The notes: generated by a model from the sequence alone, not told the origin. A DNA stretch of 64,000 nucleotides from Paraphysomonas bandaiensis (GCA_965644295.1 CBFFRP010000134.1:124001-188000); one strand, 5' to 3'; positions 50,022 through 63,336 are shown, counted from the first letter of the stretch. Numbers and translations: made by a program.

Positions 50022-51133
50022 CAGTTGCTATGATATAATTCCTTCGGCACCCTTATGTAGTCGGGGTAAATTTATTTTAGCTGGTATATATTGAATTTAT
50101 TCGTGAATTTATTGTTTTGAGTTATAATCTATAGTACAGTTGCCATATTCCCACATATGTAGATTCCATTGATTTGAAATTATACTTTGATTTTTCATTA
50201 GTTTTCTTCATGTTAATCAGAGAACATTTTTCCTCTCTGATAGCAAAAACTGAAGTAATATGCAAGAAAGTAGTAAAAAATATTATAAACAATATTCTTC
50301 ACACAATTACTATCTTCATAGTTAGTTATTGTGCATATTTAAATCCTTTTCCGACCATCATCAAGTATTTCATCAGGTTTTATACATTTCACCAGGTTTT
50401 GGTATTAAGCAAGCCACATATATATATTATATATATATACTCTGTAGCTATATATACATTCTAGATATATTCGGCTTTTAGCGTCATGAAGATATAAGAT
50501 ACAATTCAACTTATGCCCTCCTCCCTCCTTGAGTGTAGTATTGTCCCTTGTCCATATTTTAATTGGGATTGATAGGCTGACTAAATTAGGAACCCGCCAA
50601 CTGAGGAAAGCAAGCTCGCAAAGTCAATACTTACCACAGACCACAGAGCTGAAAGAGTTGTGGTTGTGCTGCCTAAAAAGCTACTACGACACATAATATT
50701 ATATCAGACAGTCAAAGATGCATGTGAGAGATTTGATGTGGCTAAGCGGCAGTTGGAGTATTGCGAGAAGGGAAAACAAGTATGTCAAATTAATATGCAT
50801 GAACAAAAAAAGGAGATATGGAGAGCGCCAAATGAAGAATAGACACACAGCAAATAATGTGTGTCGAGCGAAGTCGAAGCAGAAGGTATTTCAGAAATTC
50901 AAGCCCAATGGGAAGGTCGAAGCAGAAAATATGAAGATAGGAGGGCAGCAAGTAGTGGGTTCGGAAGCATATAGAAACTGCTTTCAGTAATGTGAAAGTA
51001 AACATCACGAGGCTGTGGAGTGCAAGAGAGGAAGGTTGAAAGGAAAAGTATCCAAAGTGTTCAACTGAAGGATTATGTTTCACCTGGAGGGGAGTTCAAC
51101 ATGGTAGATGAAGTAGTAGTGTAACTAGAAGTA

Positions 51134-51651
51134 TTGAAAGTCTTTTATTTAGCAATAGTAGGCGTTAAAAGCCTGCACCAATTTAGTAGCTAGATGAATG
51201 CTAGTCAACCTAGTTAGACCTCTACCCGTAACTACGACGTAATCAGTACAAACTCTATTATCCTACTATTTAACGCTACGAAAGCTGCTTGTGCGTCGCC
51301 GCAAGCACCAAGGTGCAACCACTTCCGTTCTGAGTCCTTAAGGTGAACATCCCAGATGCTTGACTTCAGCAGGCAGCCCATTACCCCGGTTACCCTTGAG
51401 GTGGGCCCTGTCCCGGATGCCCTTGTGGTGGGCCCATTTCCGGATGCCTGTTTATTCGTCAGGGCCCAAAGACGTCTACACAAGTGACACTTATTGGTGT
51501 CCCTTGTACCACACAAGCAGTCGGCTATGATTGGGCAGAACAATATCTGCTGACTATGTTTGCGGCTCACGTTAGTTTCCCAGAGAGAATCTCTCCGGTA
51601 CTTATCCCCCAGAACACCACGAAAAGGTGCGAGTCCGACTTTGTTGAGGGC
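51134..51651 (-). mobile_element. Full-length ~518-bp non-autonomous retroposon (SINE/SIDER-like)
   Basis: Flanked by the 12-bp direct repeat TAACTAGAAGTA (51122-51133 and 51652-51663). No TIRs. Termini are shared with other copies. Confidence 0.88.
51564..51650 (-). ncRNA. Candidate HDV-like self-cleaving ribozyme at the retroposon 5' end
   Basis: Order P1-P2-P3-L3-P3'-P1'-P4-J4/2-P2': CCCUCAAC..GACUCGC ACC UUUUCGU GGU GUUCUGGG..AGUA CCGGAGAG-AUU-CUCUCUGG GAAACUAAC GUGAGCC. P1 is imperfect in this copy. Confidence 0.65.
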
Positions 51652-52428
51652 TAACTAGAAGTAGTAGAAAGCAGCTATTCATAGTTAAATACCATAGATA
51701 GAGTGCTAGAAAAATACGTAGCAAAAATGGGATCAGAAATAATGGAGACTCAAGGAGTAGGAAGCTTTCAGCACTGGCAGAACATCAACGTATGCGAAGA
51801 TGCTGTGAAGAATACTATCGCAGGCGGAGTGCTGCGGGCAATAGGGTACGGATTATTTAGTAGAGTACCGAGATTTGTAGAAATAAACACTGGTGCTAAT
51901 TAAAAACTACGATGAAACGATGAACATATCGAGGTAGCTAGGACATGGGTGCATACTTCGTTGCCTTGCCACTACTTAATACTTAACGAGCCAAATTATT
52001 CAAGTTTCTATATAACGTAATTCATATCATTGATTCATGTTCTACAGTTTTCAACCACTGTATTCTTGACGAACGGTCATAATTCGAATACCGTAAGATA
52101 CAGCTTCAATAGCTTACCAATAAGCAAAGCTCTACAATTCTTACTCTGAGTTCAACTTCATCACCCTATTTTTACTCTGTGATTTACTCTGCGTTGATGA
52201 GCTAAAACTCGGACTAGATATCACACACTTGACGAAGATGAAAGCTTACATCGACAATGAATTGGTTATATTTGCCTAATAGTGGATGTCAACAATATAC
52301 AACAGCCACACGCTTCACACTGCTTGTACTTTTATACCTCCTTGGAAAACCACTTCAATATAAACACAAATTCGTATCTATAATCCTACATATTATAGAA
52401 CGTTAAGACTGAACCAAAGTTTCGACAG

Positions 52429-55400
52429 CTAAGAATTGCGTGTCAAGGCTGCGATTGCAGCTAACATTTTCACAGGAGCAGAAGAAGATAGCATGTTGAC
52501 AACTCCGGAAGGCAGCGAGCCACCCAAATCCTGTCACAACGATTAACATACATATTCATGCTAGTACATCTTCCTACCGAATGAGCACACATAGTGATAC
52601 TACATCCCGCGTCGCAATCAGGAAGCGCAGTGATATGGAAGCCGCTGATGTTCAAGAACCCTCGCACATAACCTTGAGGCGGCGGGAAAAGATCATCCCA
52701 AGCTGATCGAGAGGATATCAATAGCGACCCATCATCCAGTTCCGACCACGTCGTACAGACAACGAAATCACGAGGGGCAGTTGGCCAGATAGCTTTAAAG
52801 GTAATCCGGCGGATTGCAGTCCGGTCATCAACTTTAAGAAGTGGCTGACATTAGAAGTGTCAACACCTTTAAATGTAGACGACATTAACTATACCTCAAC
52901 ATTGTCCATCATATCATCATATCCACCCATATTGGCGTCGTTCACCAGGAAATCTCTCAAACTGAATTTCGTAACATGGGGAATGGTAGTTGTGGCTCGT
53001 ATGGCAAACCACGCACTTCCCGGGACGGGAGTAACACTTACATCAATGTTATCTTTCTTGACCTTATGCTGCCACTCAAATACATACTTCTCATCGCTGA
53101 TGTACCCCAGATATACTTGAATAAGTCTCTGGGACTCATTAGCAACAACCAGCCCTCTCTCCTGGTTAGCGTTGACAGTCGTCTGTACTTGCGCCATGCG
53201 GAGAGGGCTCTCTGGTGCATCAGCGGAAGGTGCACGAGTGGCTGCAGGAGATCGTCTATAGCTATCGTCTGATCCAGAAGAATCACTGTGTCTCCGCCTA
53301 GGACCTACCTCTCCATGTTCCTCAAAGTGTTGACGCATCCGCTCCTCCCTTGTCTGAATTTGAGTAAGCATGCTGCCCAACTTAGATGGTGTAGGTCGAA
53401 ACATTGGAGAAAGACCAGAGAACGAACTAGAGGCAAGAGAGGGGGCAGCTACCCGAATGCGATTCATCATTTCTGATAGGCCATACTGTGCAAGAATTTG
53501 TAGCAGCCACGCCGGCACATATCGCGCCGCATCCACATCCACAAACAAGCGTAAATCCGTTCCTCCTACTGAGGAGTTAGGCACACCAGTGTATCCCGCT
53601 AGACGGAGCTCAGACCGGTTGTACTTCGACTCTGCAGCACAATTATCCGTGGAAGACGCCTCTAATTCATCTTCACACACGCTGTCAGCTGATGCTGACG
53701 CTATCATAAAGGAGTCGTGCACCAACATCGGATTCACTACCCCTGGTTGGGCAGAGTCAAAAGAGGCCTCCGTTGTAACTACGAGAAAGTCGGTTGCACC
53801 CAGGGGCCATATAGGCGAGTACGCAATCCACTGAACCGACGAATGCTCATCAATGTTACTTAACACACTCTTCTGTTCAAGAAGAGTGTCTACATACTCA
53901 GGAAACTCAACCAGCAGCTTTCTGACAATATGAGGGGGGGCCTACATGTGATAATGTTAAGGTAAAGTAGTGTGGATATATAACATCGATACCGCGATAT
54001 GACAGGATGCCATCAGGGTGCCCACAGGGGAGTCTGTCCCACAATACTCGCTTATAGCAATGCCATCCTGATCGTAGAATGTAGTCCATTTCTTGTCAGC
54101 TCCTAAATCTGAGGCATCTGATGAAATAGTTCTCTGAGACAAATTAACACTACAGGCAGATGCATGCATCAAGTGCAGTCTGTTGATGCAATCCTTAGAT
54201 ATCTTTCGCAAATCATTCCGCTGGTCAATAGTCAGTCCCATGACGACACTTTCTCCAATAGGGGCCTGTGACTCTCCCCCCATAGCTATGTCGAGTACAG
54301 TCCCTGGAGATGGGGGGATGGAGTCCAAGTTGGTCGTGTCAATGCCTGGAAGGGAATGATGAATTTGATCCATTAGATCAAGTACGTAGCTGATGATAGC
54401 ATCAGCTTTCGAAGCATGTACTCTGCGCAGAGACATTCCCGATCCTCCCATATCAAGGTTCGCAGAAAATAGCACCTGGCACCCACGCTTGGGTGGAGCT
54501 TCTGAGATTCCAGATGATGCTACCGCTACCTGATTAGGAAGCACAACGAATCCGCAGCTGTGAATAAAACCCCGTACAAGAGATTTTTTTCTGTTGGTTG
54601 TAGATGCATTCCCTTGCGCCCGTCCCACACAGGAAGTCGGAGGAGTGTACGAGTCTGGAAGAGACCGGGTGCATACAATAACACTTCCGTTTTCCATCTC
54701 GGCCCAGTAAGTGACCACCAAAAACTCTCGCTTGGAAGATGTGATAGTTCCGGTGTTGCAGCAGAGACGACTGACCACTACACGATTGCGTCGCATTGAT
54801 TGCAATTCAACTTTCTGTGAGACTATTCCCTCCAAGCCAGTCCATATGCTGTTCTGGTAGAGATACTTGGCGACAGAGACAACCGACATAGTAGAAAAAC
54901 AGGTACCTTTGATAAGTATGTTGGCAGTCTTGTGTTTTGACACCCACATATGACTACTGTATCCAGTCCTTGCAAGCTTCCAGTTTCGCATGGTAACATC
55001 CCCCTTGGATTTCGAGGCATTGGAGTTAACATCAAGTATAGATAATAAGGCGGTTTTCGCAGACTCTGCAGTTTCAAACACGACCTGTGTGTCATCTTCA
55101 CTAACATCCGCTCCCAAAGGCGCCGGGCTATGCAAAGTAGATGCGGACGCAGATTGTAAGTTACCAACATAGGGCTCTGACTGGGAATGTGGAATCTTTG
55201 ACTTGATCACTCTCTTGCGCTCGGATTGGGGATCTAACTTTAGTGGGGGCTGTTGGACTTTGGCTTCTGCTAATCCCCAAGAGCGACCCAGTGAAATACC
55301 AAATATAAGTGATATAAGACATCCACACAAAGCTGATAATGCAGTTGATAAACTAATAGTCATATTTAAACGATCATCTCGTATTACACGAAATGTTGCA

Positions 55401-55555
55401 AATAGAAATATCAGTAATGCAGTATGACAAACTGTATCAAGCATTATAGTATTTTGTGTATGAATATTTCCTTGAATATTATGATTATATCGCCATATTA
55501 TTAAGAGGAAATATGCACCTAATATAGTCGTTGTGGTGATGTCGAGTATATCCAT
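52429..55555 (-). CDS. Membrane-anchored protein with three START lipid-binding domains
   Basis: N-terminal TM helices, then three START-type blocks: SKREFLVVTYW..VRGFIH..DMGG; PIWPLGATDFLVV..DVD..VPAWL; and AIWPTAPRDFVVC..YVRGFL..DLGGSLP. Confidence 0.85.
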
Positions 55556-56305
55556 GTTTATATATGTATGTATGTGTATAGTCGAGGTGGTTATATAATA
55601 GATGGAGGAGGTAATTAATAGAGACCCTCGTATATGGTGGATGATAGAGAGGGTTGATAGATTGATTCCACTTGCAAATAAAGTGGGTAAGTAGGTTGTA
55701 TATATATGTATTGGACTGAGTTAAAGGAAGGGGAATATATAGATGAGTGTGTGTGTATATATAGAGAGATGAACTGCTGTATGTATGCATATGCTTGAGA
55801 CTTGAGACTAGAGACTGCCTGTTGCAAGATAGGGGCTACTACTGTACTGCTACTGCCGTACTAGCCTATAAGTAGTGTATTGTACACCAGTACAGGTATG
55901 TGTACATTCAGTTCTCGATATCGTCAATGGATTGTACCATAGGGTTACAATTTCCAATAACGGACATTTTTACCATTAAAAAACCCGGGTTTTATTTGAA
56001 AAACCCCAGGTACGATGGAGTATCATATCAAGCGCACTCTATACCGAGTGCTGTATTTTGTGTATATGGTGTGAATATTCTGGGATTGTTATCTAATGTG
56101 TGATGTATTATTATGGGAAGGTATACGTAACTGTATTTGTTAAGAATAGATCTGAGGTGCTGCTGTGGGTAGATATGCGAGTGTAGCGATAGAGTGTATA
56201 CATACACACAGTACATACATACATATCCTCCTATGAGATAAATATACACATCACACACATCACTATAATCTATTAAGAACTCCATTTACTTCAACTAATA
56301 ACAAA

Positions 56306-58205
56306 ATGAACACATCCACATTACAGAAACCACAATACGCTCTCCCTATAGCTATAGGTGGATCAGTTTTAATCCTTAAGCTTCATATATTTCGACATCT
56401 ACGTAAATATATGCTACCTGCTGGATTAGCTGCACTTGTCTATCGTTCTATATATGATACCAACTCAGAAAGTCTTTTGATCTTAATTGCAAATATTTTA
56501 AATAATGCAACATGTCATCGAGGTTCAAAGATTGCTGGCGATATGTTAGGTGCAGTACTGTGTATTGGGATCATCAGATTACTATCAGACTCATTATCAC
56601 TCAATATTTCATCTGCTAAAAAGGCATTCATGCAATATGGTTATAATCTTGTTAAGTTTTTACCAGCTGTTCGTGACAAACTGAAGGAAGAGAAATTAAA
56701 GCTAGAGTCTGATATGGAGAAAAGTATGAAAGTGAAGAGCCGCAAGATAGGTGGAAAGCAGTATACATCCTTGCCGGCTCAAGGCATGCCCGGTGACGAC
56801 ATTATTGCGCTCATGGAAGGTATCACTAAAGAAGAGAATGTAATGTGGCAAGAGGGGCGTGTCTCTGGTGCTGTCTACCACGGCGGTCGCGCGCACCAAG
56901 AGCTGCTTAACAAGGCTTTCAACTTGTATTCCCTTGCAAACCCCCTCCATCCGGATATTTGGCCAAGTGGCATGAAGTTTGAGTCTGAACTTTTGAGTAT
57001 GACAGCATCGTTGATGACCTCTCAGCCGGTCCAGCAGAGTGGAGTATGTGGTAGTACCACTTCTGGTGGTACAGAGAGCATCATCCTCGCTGCCAAGGCC
57101 CACAGGGACTACTTCAGAGAGAAACATGGTATCACAAAGCCGGAGATTGTTGCCTGTGTGTCTGCTCATGCAGCAATTGAGAAAGCTTGTAGCATGCTGT
57201 GCATTAAGCTGGTACAGGTGCCCATGGATCCCGTCACGTTTAAGTGTGACGTGCGTGCGATGGAGTGGGCAATTGGACCCAACACTATCATGCTCTATTC
57301 TTCGGCACCGCAGTTCCCTCAAGGCGTGATTGATCCAATCTCCGATATAAGCAAGCTCGCAGTGAGATACGGGGTGGGGTTACATGTAGATTGCTGCCTC
57401 GGGGGATTTATTCTACCATTTGCTAGGAGACTGGGATATGACATACCAGGTATTTATCATAATACGTACATACTATACCTGTATTTGTGGTAATGGGTGT
57501 TGCATATAACTGCATATGGCTGTAATCTATCGTGTTAATTCACTGTTGACAGATTTTGATTTCGACTTACCTGGAGTGACTTCGATGTCTGTGGATACAC
57601 ACAAGTATGGCTTCACTCTTAAAGGCACTTCCATTGTGCTCTACCGCAACAAGGAGCTACGACACTCTCAGTACTTCTGCTTTGCTGACTGGACAGGGGG
57701 TATGTACACAACTCCCACAATAGCTGGTAGTCGTTCTACTGGACTAATCGCGCAGGCGTGGGCATCTCTTGTTACCCTGGGTGAAGAGGGCTTCATGCGC
57801 AATGCCCGGGATATCATAGAAACCGCACGTAACATTGGCAAAGGAGTAAAGAACATCCCCGAACTAGAAGTGATCGGAAATGTAGAAGCAATGATCGTGT
57901 GCTTCAGGTCAGCGAGCAGTGAGATAAATATATACTCGGTCGGTGATAAGATGACCAAGCGGGGGTGGTCTCTGAACTCTCTGCAGAGTCCGGCTGCCAT
58001 CCACCTCTGCTGTACCTTGCAGCATGTAGGACGAGAGGAGGTGTTTTTAGGCGACCTTAGAGAGTGCGTTGAAGCGTGCAAAACCATTGGAGGGGGGTCT
58101 GCCGCAGAAGGAAATGCAGCAATATACGGCATGGCAGCCACTCTCCCCCCTGGTCCCCTTGACGAAATGCTGAAAGTGTACAATGACGTCGTCTATAAAG
58201 TCTGA
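56306..58205 (+). CDS. SGPL1: Sphingosine-1-phosphate lyase
   Basis: Motifs GRVSGAVYHG, NPLHPD, TSGGTESI, LHVDCCLGGF, PLP-lysine SVDTHKYG and PTIAGSR. Intron at about 57450-57552. Confidence 0.97.
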
Positions 58206-58476
58206 TTTACCCCACTTTTTTGTGAGTGTTCGGACACTAGAATTCTACGTGTATGAAGCGTATTCCGAATATGTGAAATGTTTGACAGCTAAAGCTTAGC
58301 TTAGTGACTTTCACTAGTAAAAACAACGAGTAACTATGAAAGATATCTCAAGTATGATTAATTATTCACATTTTTCCCATCATATTTTTTTTGATCTGTT
58401 ATTGCTCAATAGAGCATTTATATTATTATCAGGAAAATATAGGCATATGTTATCCTGGTATCAACGAGCAACTACA

Positions 58477-58763
58477 TTGAAGGTCTTATTATTAGTGATA
58501 GGCGTTAAGAATCAGCCCTGGCTTAGCAGCTAGATGAAAACTAGTCAAGCTAAAGATAGACGTCTACCTGTAACAAAGTACTAAGTATCTATTAGCTTGT
58601 GTCCCTCGTACCACACGAGCAACGAGCATTCAGCGATGAGTGGGCACAACGTTATCTGCTGATTATATATCTATGTTTGCGGCTTATGTTAGTTCAGAGG
58701 GAATCTCTCTGGTACTTATCCCTCTGAACACCACAAATAGGTGCGAGTCCGACTTGTTGAGGG
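58477..58763 (-). mobile_element. Internally deleted ribozyme-headed retroposon copy
   Basis: Same termini (TTGAAGGTC...TTGTTGAGGG). Direct repeat AACGAGCAACTA at 58463-58474 and 58764-58775. Confidence 0.88.
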
Positions 58764-59115
58764 AACGAGCAACTAGACCAGCCCAGTAACTTAAACTAAC
58801 TTTCCAATTTCAGTTAAGTTGCTTGGTGTCTTCATATCAGGGGAATTATTTACTTAGTAAATCGCCCAAAAGTTTCGACCTCGTTTAAAAGGCATATCTA
58901 TCTCTGTGACAATAACGGCCTATAAAAAGTGAAAGTATAAAGCAGTTTTACTAAGGGAGTCAGCGCCATGTCGACGTTAGAAAATATAAGATAATGATCA
59001 TTTTTCCATTCTACATACTACTTACATTATTTACATATATCACACAATCCTGTTCGACTACATACTGCAACATACACCACATGAAGTCAATTAAAGAGGT
59101 GATTCAGCGCATCTC

Positions 59116-60307
59116 CTATAGTTCTTGGTTTGTTCTGGATGCAGGAACATTTCTAGACGGTGCTCCATCTGCTACTAAGCTATCGATAGTCATCGCCTAC
59201 AAAAAATTCGTTAAAATTAACTCTAACAAAATAACTTGTACCATTCCGGCAAATCGAGAACCTTCCTCTTCACTAACTCCTTTATTCCAGTATCTCGGTA
59301 CAGAATTCACTACATCCTAGCCATAGTAAACAAAAATAAATTCAATTACATTACAGTCATCTCGGGCTAACCGAAATTGTAAAGTTCCATACGTGAGGAT
59401 CAGCAGGCTGCACCATTGAAGACATATTAATCAATTTGAAATGATGAATAATAAAACATGCCTTGTAGTGCAAGAAGAGTGATGCATAGTGATTTCCAGC
59501 CAGTGCCCTTCGTCGCCCGTGAAGACACTTCGCACTCTCATATAGTAGCATCTGGAAACATTTCGCAGTCACGCACTACATCACAATATCATACTAAATC
59601 AACCTGTCCAGGCTCCAAGCAGACCGAGTGCATAGTCCCATTTTGTACATCATCAATATCAAGGCACCAAGGGTGATCGGGGTTATCGAAATGATGCGAG
59701 ATGTGGAGAATAGAGGAAATAACATGTGTTTCAACCTAGTTATTTCACACATTACCACCAGACGTAAGGACCACTACTATATATCTTAACCCACCCGGTC
59801 AGTATGCATCACCAGAGAAGACGTATTTTGGTATACTCTGACACCATATGCACTTGTTGGTAACAACTTTATTCCTGCCCACTCTTCATGAAGACGTAGC
59901 AGAGCTAAGTGAACTTCATTCGCCACGTTTCCTAATTGAATAAATTTCGGACCTAATCCACGATTGAAATAAATCCGTTCAACAGATGATGTAAAATTTT
60001 CATATGGTAAGTTATTAATATCTTGTATATGTTGCATAGTAGCATATTGTAAAGTAGTAAACACATCAGTAGGAATCTGTTGTATCTTAAATCCATGCGA
60101 AGTAAATGATGGAACAATCTTTTGTTGTATTAATTGTACCCAATTCTCCCAACGTTCATTAATAGCTTGAATCTTCATGATTTCTCGTTCTCTTACCATC
60201 ATGTTCTCTATATATCTCAATGAGTGTACAGATGGATTTGTGTGTGTGTTATATGGTGCACTATGACAACTTATCCATGTTAAGAATAATATCATTATCC
60301 ATATCAT
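59116..60307 (-). CDS. Secreted/ER 2OG-Fe(II) oxygenase (prolyl-4-hydroxylase-like)
   Basis: Signal peptide, YGVRVY..HTDRVETHVISSILH (HxD), and LYESAKCLHGRRR..YASLFLHY. Multi-exon; ends in NQEL*. Confidence 0.85.
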
Positions 60308-61479
60308 ATTGATAGGAATGTATATATATGATTATTAATGATGGAATTATAAGGTAGATATATATGGAGATCTCTATATATGAATATCGTATAGACACTT
60401 GAGTATACTGCTGTGGTACTCTGTATATGGCGTATCTGTATCCTTTGTATATTTTTGTTCAAAGATGCCTCTAATATTGAGACAATAATTATCTGTATTC
60501 TAGTCGTAATTGTATCGCAGTAATATAGAGGGTTTTTGCTTCAATTTATTCACGAAAAATAAGATGCTGACTGCCGATACTCCTTTGTAGAGACTTGTGT
60601 AGCATATATTGCGAGGAAATTCTATTATAAGTTAAGCCAATTTTCAGGTATTTTATAGAATTCTGGATATTTCTATAGATTTTCTGGACTTTTAAGAGAA
60701 TATTGATCTAATATTAAGATACTGCAATCTAGCAGCCCACATATGCCCAGAGCACAGCAGGCTGTACATAGTTAACAGTATCACAGTTAATGTCATTAAT
60801 AGGGTCACTACTATTACCCAAACACTTATAGATAAGCACTCTATACACTACTAGTTTATACAGTGGATAAATTATGAAGATTACTATTAATTGTGTCTCT
60901 ATACACTATCATCTACTCGTAACTGCTGTATGTATCTGTATATATGAGATAAGCTGACACAATGATATGTACACTTGATTATCTGCTATTACATGGTGTT
61001 TAGTGTTTGTTAACATAGAAAGTTTTATATGACAACGTGATTTACCTCTAGATATACAGCGAGAACACGTATTCGATAGTATTCTACCGCACGCACATCT
61101 ACAGATTGCGACTGATCTATCAATATATGAGTAGTTGTATCTATATAATAATATAGGATATTTATATTGGTACGAATACTTATGCATGTCAGATGTTATG
61201 AAAATAATTCAGCCACTATTCTATTGATATCATAGTAGAAATTTTCTGGCATGTGATGTAGACTCTAGATCGGGTGTTAAGTGAAATGTGTAGTGTGAAG
61301 TGTCACGTATTTGGCTTTAGCATTACAAGTGCTCATTGCAATACGTTCCAAGTATGTTCTTATATGTAGTAACGGAGACAAGAGTAGAGGCCGGTATTAC
61401 TATCTACATTTTTATCACTAGTCAAAAACTAACTTCTGAAAGGAGAAACACACCATTTCCTCTTTCGATTTGGTTTTAA

Positions 61480-62820
61480 CCACACTCAAAAACCACACTC
61501 ACCATCACAGCACAAAAAACACAAAAAACACTGTTGTTATGTACGGAAAAAACGTAACAGTCAATTCGGACTCAACTCAAATGAAGTATGTGAATTCATA
61601 TGACAGCAGCGGACAGCACTCCCAGTGACCCAACCACAGGGCAAAATGATGTGCAGGTAACTTCATTATATTCGACTCATTCTTATACTTAAAGATGTCT
61701 CCAAAGCAGAGCAGATCCAATACAAAGAGCGCACAGAGAAGGCTGCACGGCAAGCCAAAATAGGGGCTGAGTCGAAGAAGGCTAAAAAACAGTGGAAGCG
61801 GATTGGTTTGAGACATAAATTGTTTCATTTGCCAGATTCAGACCTTCTCAGTCAATATCCAACGTTAGAGCTGCGAAGGCTAACGCTCCTGAGCATATTT
61901 CTTTAGTTTGTTACACCTGCACTTGTCACAACAATTGCCCGAGATATAGATCCTGAGCACCTCTTTTTCGACAGAGGAAGCTCTGAGGTGTTCACTGTGA
62001 GTAAGATATAACAAGATGCGTGCTATTTGGATTCGTATTTATGGCGAACAATTCGTGTTTACTGGTGTCCAGAGGAAGGTCCGTCCACTGTGTTCAGGAC
62101 TGGAATAATACCGAAAAGAGTTCAGAAGAAATTATCCTACGATTTCGTCGTTTGGCATACTATTTGCCGAAACATTCACTGCCAACTTTACGTGTGACAA
62201 GCTCTACTCTGAAGATGTCTCCTTGAAGTTTAAGAGTATTCTTAGAGGGATTATTAATCCGAAGCAATTTCCTGCGTTGACACGACTGGTGCAGCACGGA
62301 GTAGATATATGTGGGGAAAATAGAATGGGTATAGAACAAAAGAAAGAAGCAAATAGTTGTGCACGCTCAGCAGAAAGATGGGAAGCAACACACAGTATTA
62401 AGTAATGCGTACACGAGGTGGACAACCAAGGCCTCGATATCATATATGTATTCCTGTGCGTGATGACTATTACAAGCTGTTTTATGCCTATGACAAATAC
62501 AACAAGCAAATCAAACAGAGGGTATGACCACACAGGGATGGTGGCAATGGGCGTTTGGGTGAGGCGGGAGAGCACAATTCGTTTATGTTGGTTGTATAAT
62601 AGAAAACACTGTCAACGCATATCGTCATATAATGAATGTCGATTCCGAAGATTTTGAGTACTTTGGTTATTGTCAAACTCTAGCAAACGATTTGTATGAG
62701 TATGCAAGCACACTCTCTGATAGTACTATTTAGCAGAGTAATACAATAAATTTAATTGATTTGGACGTAAATATATTACTTCTTATAAGTGTGGTTACTG
62801 ACTGTGGTTAATGAGTGTGG
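61480..62820 (+). mobile_element. Decayed TTAA-flanked DNA transposon (piggyBac-like)
   Basis: TTAA|CCACACTCA ... TGAGTGTGG|TTAA with subterminal ACCACA repeats at both ends. The interior is broken coding-like sequence. Confidence 0.6.
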
Positions 62821-63336
62821 TTAAGACCAATTATGCCCCTCTGGCTGTTGCTTTGTACTAATCCCTTTACCATAACGGTTAATATGTGTAAAGAAAATTA
62901 AACCTCTGTGAAGTACGTATGAAATTCATTATTACAGTCGTAGTCGAAATGTTGTGACTATCACTAACTCTTTCATATTTATAATAATCGTATATCTAAA
63001 AGTCATGCATAGACATTAGACATACCATTTCACTTTTATACCATTAATTGCTGAAAAACTATTACTATACTACTACGTATTTTGCTTGCATTGTTAAGTA
63101 TTGCATTGAGTAGAAGTTCTACATTACAGCATGTATTCCACTATACCCTAAATCACTAAGATATGTTGCGTAAATGCTAGATTCCAGTATATTTATAACA
63201 GGCTGTATTTCGCTAAACCAGCCTCCTATTAGTAGATAACTTCTAGCAAAATCATTACATATGCTAATGAGTATATTCACCACATCAATAAAACTATAAC
63301 CATAACAAATCACTCTATCCAACGAGCTGGCATCTC

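Larger units (their letters stand above)
50600..51850 (+). pseudogene. Second decayed copy of the unclassified coding repeat, interrupted by the retroposon
   Basis: Homologous to 14687-14940. Peptide TVKDACERFDVAK resembles TIWEACEHDADVFEVAN at about 9290. Confidence 0.55.

Noticed and set aside
51232-51570. 112-aa minus-strand ORF inside the retroposon; also checked for an ingi-type 2A peptide (DxExNPGP)
   Set aside because: No NPGP motif is present, and other copies delete or disrupt this region.
56702-58183. Long antisense ORFs over SGPL1 (and over HK, ATAD2, RPL7 and START genes)
   Set aside because: They are shadows of the sense-strand codon usage and carry no recognisable motifs.
60610-60720. 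AGAA(A)TTCT-type repeats, also at ~36450-36472, resembling heat-shock elements
   Set aside because: There are not three properly spaced nGAAn units, and such words are expected in AT-rich DNA.
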